From: the human T2T-CHM13v2.0 reference genome, Homo sapiens | NCBI RefSeq assembly: GCF_009914755.1 | Contig: NC_060929.1 | Length of the DNA: 64,000 nucleotides | Strand: one strand, 5' to 3' | Part shown: piece after piece, positions 55,701 through 64,000 of the stretch | How positions within the stretch are numbered: position 1 is the stretch's first letter | Layout: every line of letters starts with the position of its first letter | The notes under the pieces: generated by a model | Told to the model about the DNA's origin: nothing | Databases searched by the model: none | The model's input: only the letters and a program-made list of their open reading frames with translations | Position numbers and translations under genes: made by a program

Positions 55701-58298
55701 GTCAATCATATGATCTCTATTACATTTTTTAAAAGTCTACCTGTAGAAATATTATTAGTTCCTTTTTGTTAAAACCATGGTTGAAAAGTATTTGAAGAAG
55801 ACTTCTAGAGTAGTATGTATTAACCATCAAGACTGTCTAAAGAGAATTTTCAGTCTTATAAGGTAATTACTCTACTAGGGCCTAAATGGCATCTATAGCC
55901 ATTTAGAAAACAAGAAACATTCATTATTATGACTCATTTTTTGGCCATATATTTCTGTAAGGCGTGGACTGCCTACACTTTTTATAAATTTTCTTTGTGT
56001 TAAGGAAGGAATACCAAGTAATTTTCTGGAGTCTCATTGCTTTCTGGCCCTTCTGACTTCCCTTGCCATTTTGACCCACATGTGGAAATGAGAATTACAA
56101 AGTTTTGTCTCTCTTTCCCTACTCCACCTAGCACCACACATGCTGCCACTCACTTACTTCAAATTCCTTACTTTGAATGAATTAAAGTCCAGCAAGCTAG
56201 GATGCCTGCAGTAATGGAGGAATGCTGTAGGCCAAGGACTCCAAAGACACAAATGAGGTATACACACACACATGCGCACACACAGGCATTCAGTTACCCA
56301 TCCATTTTCCTTCTAAACCAGTGGCCCATTAAGTACAGGAACAGGTTTACTTTTTTATCTTTGTATCTCTAGGTTTGTTTTTTTCCCAAAGTCAAAAGGT
56401 ATGTGAATAACTTTTAGAACTTTTATAGAATTAGACCCATAAACTTATAAAAGTAAAAAGAGCAATAGAAATCATTCCATTCTACTAATGATTATCTCTA
56501 TTATAACATATCATTCCTATCATAATTTTTTAAATCCTCCTAATTTATCTGTGAATGCCTTTAAAGGAATGCCTGATTTGTATCTTACCATCCTGTGTTT
56601 AACGCAGTGCTTAATACACAGGGAACATTCAATAAATGCTTGGTGAAAAGGAGTAGATGAATGAGTTAATGGCTTACTGAATTAATGAATTACTAAGGAG
56701 TCAAATATCTTGTCCAAGAATGCAGCGCATAAGTAGACTAACAAGGCTAAATAACACCTAAATGATTCTAAGTTTTCTGATCCCAAGTCCAGTGTTATTT
56801 TCACAGACCTTCTTCTGAGTTAACATTTTTAGTGTTTTCTCATAAAACAAGTTTTAATCCTTTTGCCTTCAGAATAATGTAGAAGTGTGGGTGAAATAAG
56901 GAGAGATGCTGTTACACTTGTCGAAACAAGGCAAACCAAAAAGAAAGGTCTCGGTACCTAGTACCAGGTTCAGAAGCAACAGTGAAGTCTCCAAGACCAA
57001 CTGGAGGAAGAATAATCAGGCATGCATGATAGGGAAACAATACTGAGCACAATTACCCTGCAAGCTCAATTTCCAATGGGGTCACTCTGTGCCTGTTTAT
57101 GGAAAACGTATCATACATAATCAGCTACAAGCACTGAACTTTCATCAGAGTAGAGATAAGTTCAATATCTGTCTACATTATCATTATTTTTTCCCAAGAA
57201 CAGTATATTCCACTCATATGAACTGTATAAAAGAACCCATAAGATATGAAAGTGCTCTTTCAGAATATGATTGCTGTAGAAGCATCACTGATTTTAATGT
57301 ATAATGTTTAGGAAAAATGTATTCAATTGTTTCTCTCTCAACATGTTTCATTTTTAAAACAAAAAAAAGAGGGTAAACAAATGTCATTGAAAGATAGACA
57401 CTATTAAAATTCTGTTACAAAAATACTTCAGTTCCTTTGTTTTTTATGTTAAATCCAACTGCAAATCACAAAACCACCTCATCTAAGACCCAAAACAAAA
57501 TTGTATACCCGTATTAATACCCAAAATTTTTGGTAGAAAATTAACACACCATAATGCTTAGGGAAAAATCCTGATATGCCACCATTTGGTTACATTAGTT
57601 TTTCCCAATACGTGATGGAGTAGAAATGTGACACTTGATATTATCACTGATGGTTAATTCTGTGAACATTTTAATATTTTTCAGACATCCCAAGATTTAT
57701 ATTTTTCCTTCCTCAAATGAAAGCAAGAATTTAAATACCAAGTCTTTCCATTCTTTTGAAAAAATAAATGCTATAATATACCTCCCAAGGTTAATCTCTG
57801 TCCTTGCACCTCCAATGAATCTATGGCAAGAATGTTTTTTATTGCTCTGCCATATCTAAAATTGCTTAGTCCATACTCTCTTAGACACATCATTTTTCAA
57901 ACTCAAACTTCCAAGTTTCATCAGAAAAGAGCACATTACACTAAATGCAAAGCAAATGATTACTAGCTCATATTCTAGGGATATATGCATTCTTTGCCAA
58001 ACAAGCAAGCCCATGTGTTTTAGTTTGAAGAAAGAATCTTGCAGCAAGCAAGCACTCTTAATATACCATAGACTTTGAATGATTCTTTGGCAAACTGTAA
58101 AGTAGTTTGTTCTGGAAATTGTATCAACCATGGAGCCCCTGCCCTCATCATTTGACTTGTAATGGATATAGTTCCAAATAAATAGTTTACATTCCCAGCC
58201 TTGGCATTTTTTAAATCTCCTATTAATTATCAGCCTATTGCAGTCTGGCTTCTTTCTCCCTACTCCAAATCATGCTAGAAGTAGGGGTAGAAGAAGCC

Positions 58299-58750
58299 TT
58301 TTATGGATAGAATTTGTTACCCCAAAATTCATATGTTGAAGTTCTAACCCCAGGACCTGTGAATGTGACTTCATTTAATAATAGTGTCTGCAGATGATCA
58401 AGATAACTGAGGTCATTAGAGCGGGCCTTAATCCAATCTGACTGGTGCCCTTATAAATAGGGGAAATGTGAATGCAGACACAAACATGCATCCAGGGAGG
58501 GCACCACAAGGAGATTAAGTCAGAGATCAGAGTGACTTAGCTACAAGCCAAAGAACACCAAAGATCACCAGCAAATCACCAGAAGCCAGGAAAGAGGCAT
58601 GGAACAGATTCTCCCTCACAGCCCTCAGGAGGAACCAACTCTGCCAACACCTTAATCTCAGACTTCTATCCTCCAGAACTGTGAGACAGTGTCTGTGGTT
58701 TAAGCCACCCCATTTGTGGTACTCCATTACAGCAGCCCTAGTCTAATACA
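58299..58750 (+). mobile_element. MLT1C-like MaLR solo LTR
   Basis: CCCCAAAATTCATATGTTGAAG, CCAGAAGCCAGGAAAGAGGCATGGAACAGATTCTCCCTCACAGCCCTCAG, CTAATACA end; TSD AAGCC/AAGCT. Confidence 0.9.
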
Positions 58751-58887
58751 AAGCTTCTGTTCTAGAAATGAACAGACCTGGGCTTTGCATCCACCTTTTC
58801 ACACAGTGAAGGTTTCCCAGAGTTTCATCCTCAGCCTCTTCTCCCCGGGAAACCCCACAGCCTCCATTGTCATCTTGAGGCCAAGTG

Positions 58888-59212
58888 CAGTAGCCCCTCC
58901 TTATATGCAGTTTTGGTTTCTAGGGTTTCAGTTACCCATGGCCAACCATGGCCTGGAAATATTAAGATATTTTGAGAGAGAGAGAGAGCAAACATTCACA
59001 GAACTTTTATTACAGTATGTTGTTATAATTGTTCTATTATTCATTATTATTGTTAATGTCTTATTGTGCCCAATTTATAAATTAAACTTTATCACAGACG
59101 TATATGTATAGGGAAAAAAACATAGTACGTATAGAGTTCAGTACTGTCTTTTGTTTCAGGCATCCACCAGAGGTCTTGAAACATATCCCCCAAGAATAAG
59201 GGGGTACTACTG
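58888..59212 (-). mobile_element. MER44A (Tigger7-derived) MITE
   Basis: TIRs CAGTAGCCCCTCCTTAT / ATAAGGGGGTACTACTG followed by TA; internal CAATTTATAAATTAAACTTTATCA. Confidence 0.88.
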
Positions 59213-59780
59213 TATTTCCATATCTCCATGTCTAGCTCTAGCCTCTCTTCTTTGATTCAAAAATGTATTTGTGACTGCTTGGTCAGTATCTCCAGGTGAT
59301 TTTCTTGCAAGGATCACAATCAAGTTTACCCCAAGCCTTCTGCTGCTTCTGGGTAAATGGCTATCTCATCAGTTAACATCACCACCCACTCAGTAAACCA
59401 AGAAAGAAAGGTGAATTACATTTAACTCTTCCTTCTCCTTCAGTCATTGTATCAAGTAGTTCCAATTAAACCTACCTGTGAAAATTTCTTGAATCCATTT
59501 CATCCTTTCCAGGCATACTGCTATTTAATACTGTGTTGGTTTGAACACTATTACTTGCTCCAACTTCTTCATGAGTCTTCTAAAGATTCTGCCTACCACC
59601 AAACAACTCTGTGCTTTTTACCAAAGTCATTTTTCTACACAGTGCCTATTGTATCTTCCCTATTCAAAACCTTTGTTTTTCCACTACATATAAAACCAAG
59701 GTGAAACTTCTTATCAAACCACATTAGGTCTTTCAGAATCTGATTTAATCCTGACATTCCAACCTCATCTTCTGCCACAT
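59213..59780 (+). mobile_element. Degraded L2 fragment
   Basis: TATCTCCATGTCTAGCTCTAGCCTCTCT, CATCACCACCCACTCAG, CCTATTCAAAACCTT. Confidence 0.55.
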
Positions 59781-59789
59781 CCCACCTGC

Positions 59790-60160
59790 GTCCAACCCCA
59801 TCTGAAGATGCAGGAGGACTACACTTCTCTGAACACTTGAAGACACTCACGGCTATGTGACTAATTTTGGCCAATGTCCTGTGACTCATTGCCACATATA
59901 TCACTTTCAGGCCAGAGTATTTAAGGGTCAAGATGAATCCACTAGCACTGTCTTTCCTGATACAGCAATCACAGAGGAGGCTCTATGATAATACCAGAGA
60001 GAAGGTCCCTGAGACACTGCATGGCAAACCGTTGCTAAAGAGTGAGCAGACTTGCAGCCAACTTTGTATAAATAATAAATAAACTGTAAAGATGTTAAGC
60101 CACTGAGATACAGGAGAGGTTTGTTGCTGGTACATAAACTAACTTACTTTCTGTCTGGTA
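59790..60160 (+). mobile_element. MaLR LTR (MLT1I/J-like)
   Basis: ATGTGACTAATTTTGGCCAATG, TCACTTTCAGGCCAGAGTATTTAA, AATAAAC...GTTAAGCCACTGAGAT. Confidence 0.65.
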
Positions 60161-61994
60161 TACCACCCATATCCACCAATTTTTTATACTCCTATATAAT
60201 ATGCTTTGATTCACATGTTAAAGTGTGTTGGTTTTACATCAAATTGCCACTTGTAAGTGTATTTTGTGGCACTTTCAGTGTAGTGATATAGCATATGCTT
60301 TAAGAAATTTTAAAAATAAAAAAATCAAAGAGTATTATGCATGCCATAAAGCTCAGTTCAGTTTCTTCTCCTCCCTGAAGGTCATCCTAAATTTCGCCTC
60401 CTCCCCAGTTTCTCACACTCATCTTTTTCTGCCTTCTTATAAGAGTTGTTTTTTATCTTTGGTGTCTCACCTTATCTTATGGTTATTTATTCATCTCTTT
60501 TCCGTTCAGTCACACATTCTAAAAAAACTGTAAGCTCCTTAAGGTCAGGACCTGTATCTAACACATTCTTTAATCCTCCTAAGCACTTCACACAAAGTGC
60601 AAGCCCATTGTCTGTGCTCTTCACGCATTGTCTATGCTCAGTAAATGTGCATTGGATGAGTTCAGTTGTAGAAAGTAATAAATGGATTTTTTTTAATAAA
60701 TGCACCACCTCTCTGGAAATCCACAGTGCTCACATTTTGTGTTACGAGCTCATTTTAGAGTGATTGGATGCCTTTTATTGGCTAATGTCTGCCATGTGGT
60801 AATGTCTTCATTTGCTGAGTTGATGTTCCAAATCTTACAACTCTTAGTCATAATTATTAGTTTTTCCCCTGATTTTGTGCTTCATTGAGGTTTTAAAGGG
60901 TAAAATTAACCTCCCAGCTTTTCCTCCATAAATTTATAATTTCATTGTGATTTCATTGCTAGATTGGCTTCCATTTCAGAGATTTGTCCAAAGTTTAGGT
61001 GATTATGTGTCTGTTGTTTTTCTCTTCTCTCCAATACAGTTATTTCCTTACAATCTAACTTGCTCAACTGCATAGCAATAGATACAGCAACATGATGTGG
61101 AATTCTAAATACTACTTACTTAGAAAAGATAAATCTTAAGGGAAATGAGACATGTTTTTTCACCTGTGTTAAAATTATATGAGAATTTATGAAAATAAAG
61201 ACTCATTCCCATAATATTCTTCCCTGCTCTGGCATCTGTTTACCTGGACATAAGTCAATGTTTTCTGTGGAACACAACATTGTAAAATGTACATTAACAA
61301 GTTCTTAAGGGATATCATAAGCATAAAATCTGTTTAGCTATTCAACAATATGGAAATTTGATTGTTTAACTTGAACTAGAAATGTATGGCTTCAATTTCA
61401 CTAAAGTTATATATAATTACATAGATTAAGACATGCATTTGGGAATTTATTACTTCTCAATATTGGTAAAGCTAACATAGACATTAGACTCATAAACTAC
61501 ATAATTGCTTGTAAATAGATACCTTGTAAATAGATACATTGTAGGTGAAAAAAATCATTTAAAGGGTCAGAAAATTATGTCTGGCTGCAAAACTACATTC
61601 GAATGTGTCACAGAACTTCTTGAGACTCTCTGGGGAAAATATTGAAATACTAATTTTTACCTCACTTGCCTCAGTTGCTTGTCCTTTGTAAAAATAATTT
61701 GTAAAAGTCTGCCTCCCTGTCCATCTTTGAATCCCTCCAGTCCTAACACCTGGCTCAGCCAGCTACCACTCCTATAGTTTTCTCAAACCGTGGACCCAGT
61801 GAAGCCCTGCAAGGCGTAAATGACCCTGGGCCAGTCAGGAGCTCAGCATCAAGCAGATCTTTTTTCAGGTCTTCTAATAAGCAGACTTGCCCTTTTGTTT
61901 GTAATAAAGACTGTGTCTCATACTTCATGTTAGTAATCTTATTCCATTGCTCCCAAGTCTGCTCTGGTTTGCTGCCTATTAAGTGAACTAGTTG

Positions 61995-62177
61995 AGTGAT
62001 TTTTTCAAAGTGGGTCCCCCAAAGCATCAGCAACACATGGAAACTTAAAGAAATGCAAATTCTTAGGCCCCGCCCCAGATTTAGTGAATCAGAAACTCTG
62101 GGGGTACAGTTCAGTAACAGGTGCTTTAACAAGCTGTCCAGGTGTTTTTGATGAATGTTCAAGTTTGACAACTAGTG
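61995..62177. mobile_element. MER5A hAT MITE
   Basis: AGCATCAGCAACACATGG...AAATGCAAATTCTTAGGCCCCGCCCCAGA...GAATCAGAAACTCTGGGG...TTTAACAAG. Confidence 0.88.
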
Positions 62178-62816
62178 GGTCAGTTTTTTGGCTTTAATTC
62201 CTCTTATTTCCATGTGCCTCTCTGCTCTCTTCCATCCCATCATCAAGTCCTCACCCTAACAGGGCAAACTTCTTTTGGAAAGTAGAGAGGGAGCAGGAGA
62301 CATTTTTACGCCCGATTCAAAAGCATGTGACTTTGGGAAGAGAGACAAAGGTTGAAAAACGAAGGGTAGTCTGTTTTGTTGTCCAATAATACACTATGGA
62401 AAAATGTAGTAAATGCAGCTGTAATAAGTGAAAAAAAAATTGTTAAGGGAAAGAGATGCTCAAAGTTAGGATGGTACTATCCCTGCCCTGGGTATTTTTA
62501 GAGGGACACCAATAAAAAATATACTTACTTTTTTGGTGGCTAGACTGTGTTTCTTTCAATTCAACACTGCAGAGATAAATATAGAAACCAAGTTAATATT
62601 CAGGTTTTACAAAGAGGCGTCCTGCCCAGTTCAGTGTGTTATGGGACAAGAACAGCATGGGACAAGCAAAAACGAATCAGCAACTTCATTCTCTATCCCT
62701 CTGCCTCTCTGAGCTATTGTTCACTCAATTATCCCCACTTCTTTATTCACCCTTCAGCCTCCCTTCTCCATGGTTCCTTCTCCCTCACTATGCAAACCTA
62801 TGAACATTATCACCGT

Positions 62817-63100
62817 AGGACAAAAAAACAAACATCGCATGTTCTCACTCATAGGTGAGAATTGAACAATGAGAACGCTTGGACACAGGAAGGGGAAACA
62901 TCACACACTGGTGCCTGTCATGGGGTTGGGGGATGGGGGAGGGATAGCATTAGGAGATATACCTAATGTAAATGATGAGTTAATGGGTGCAGCACACCAA
63001 CATGGCACATGTATACATATTTAACAAACCTGAACGTTGTGCACATGTACCCTAGAACTTAAAATATAATAAAAAATGTATAATTTAAAAAAAAAAAAGA
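62817..63100 (+). mobile_element. Short L1PA5/6-like 3' fragment with polyA
   Basis: GTTCTCACTCATAGGTG, TAATGTAAATGATGAGTTAATGGG, GTACCCTAGAACTTAAA. Confidence 0.92.
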
Positions 63101-63110
63101 AAATGAACTA

Positions 63111-64000
63111 GGAGGAGGAGCCAAGATGGCCGAATAGGAACAGCTCCGGTCTACAGCTCCCAGCGTGAGGGACGCAGAAGACCGGTGATTTCTGCATTTC
63201 CATCTGAGGTACCGGGTTCATCTCACTAGGCAGTGCCAGACAGTGAGCGCAGGTCAGTGGGTGCGCGCACCGTGCGCGAGCCGAAGCAGGGCGAGGCATT
63301 CCCTCACTTGGGAAGCGCAAGGGGTCAGGGAGTTCCCTTTCTGAGTCAAAGAAAGGGGTGACCGACGGCACCTGGAAAATCGGGTCACTCCCACCCGAAT
63401 ACTGCGCTTTTCCGACAGGCTTAAGAAACGGCGCACCACGAGATTATAACCCGCACCTGGCTCGGAGGGTCCTACGCCCACGGAGTCTCGCTGATTGCTA
63501 GCACAGCAGTCTGAGATCAAACTGCAAGGCGGCAGCGAGGCTGGGGGAGGGGCGCCCGCCATTGCCCAGGCTTGCTTAGGTAAACAAAGCAGCCCGGAAG
63601 CTCGAACTGGGTGGAGCCCACCACAGCTCAAGGAGGCCTGCCTGCCTCTGTAGGCTCCACCTCTGGGGGCAGGGCACAGACAAACAAAAAGACAGCAGTA
63701 ACCTCTGCAGACTTAAATATCCCTGTCTGAAAGCTTTGAAGAGAGCAGTGGTTCTCCCAGCACGCAGCTGGAGATCTGAGAACGGGCAGACTGCCTCTTC
63801 AAGTGGGTCCCTGACCCCTGACCCCCGAGCAGCCTAACTGGGAGGCACCCCCTCAGCAGGGGCACACTGACACCTCACACGGCAGGGTATTCCAACAGAC
63901 CTGCAGCTGAGGGTCCTCTCTGTTAGAAGGAAAACTAACAAACAGAAAGGACATCCACACCAAAAACCCATCTGTACATCACCATCATCAAAGACCAAAA
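63111..64000 (+). mobile_element. 5'UTR/promoter of a second young L1PA2-like element (runs off the window)
   Basis: GGAGGAGGAGCCAAGATGGCCG start, YY1 site 63122-63131, CpG-rich; window ends ~21 bp before the expected ORF1 ATG. Confidence 0.97.
63254..63562 (-). CDS. ORF0: L1 antisense ORF0, 102-aa form
   Basis: MAGAPPPASLPPCSLISDCC... N-terminus of primate ORF0, ATG at 63562-63560, open to 63254; expression not shown. Confidence 0.6.
   Translation of the reverse strand: MAGAPPPASLPPCSLISDCCASNQRDSVGVGPSEPGAGYNLVVRRFLSLSEKRSIRVGVTRFSRCRRSPLSLTQKGNSLTPCASQVRECLALLRLAHGARTH

Overview
Hominid (human or great-ape) genomic DNA, AT-rich and dominated by interspersed repeats. I can recognise no host protein-coding exon, tRNA, rRNA or CRISPR array. 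The only real coding sequences are LINE-1: a full-length L1PA2-like element (15218-~21251) with intact ORF1 and an ORF2 broken by one stop and one frameshift, and the 5'UTR of a second, CpG-richer copy at the right edge (63111-end). The rest is Alu (AluY, AluS, AluJ, FAM), old L1M, L2, L3, MIR, MaLR/ERVL LTRs and Tigger/hAT MITEs, with a repeat-poor block at about 45-54 kb. The most interesting signals are retrotransposon mechanics: an L1 3' transduction with its own polyA signal, two young L1s sharing 8 non-L1HS 5'UTR variants, a probable L1-L1 gene-conversion tract, a C-terminally extended ORF0, a trimeric AluS/AluY chimera, and an internally deleted L1 nested in another L1. Repeat subfamily names come from recalled consensus sequences, and boundaries of old repeats are approximate. 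I see no evidence of a wholly new biological system.
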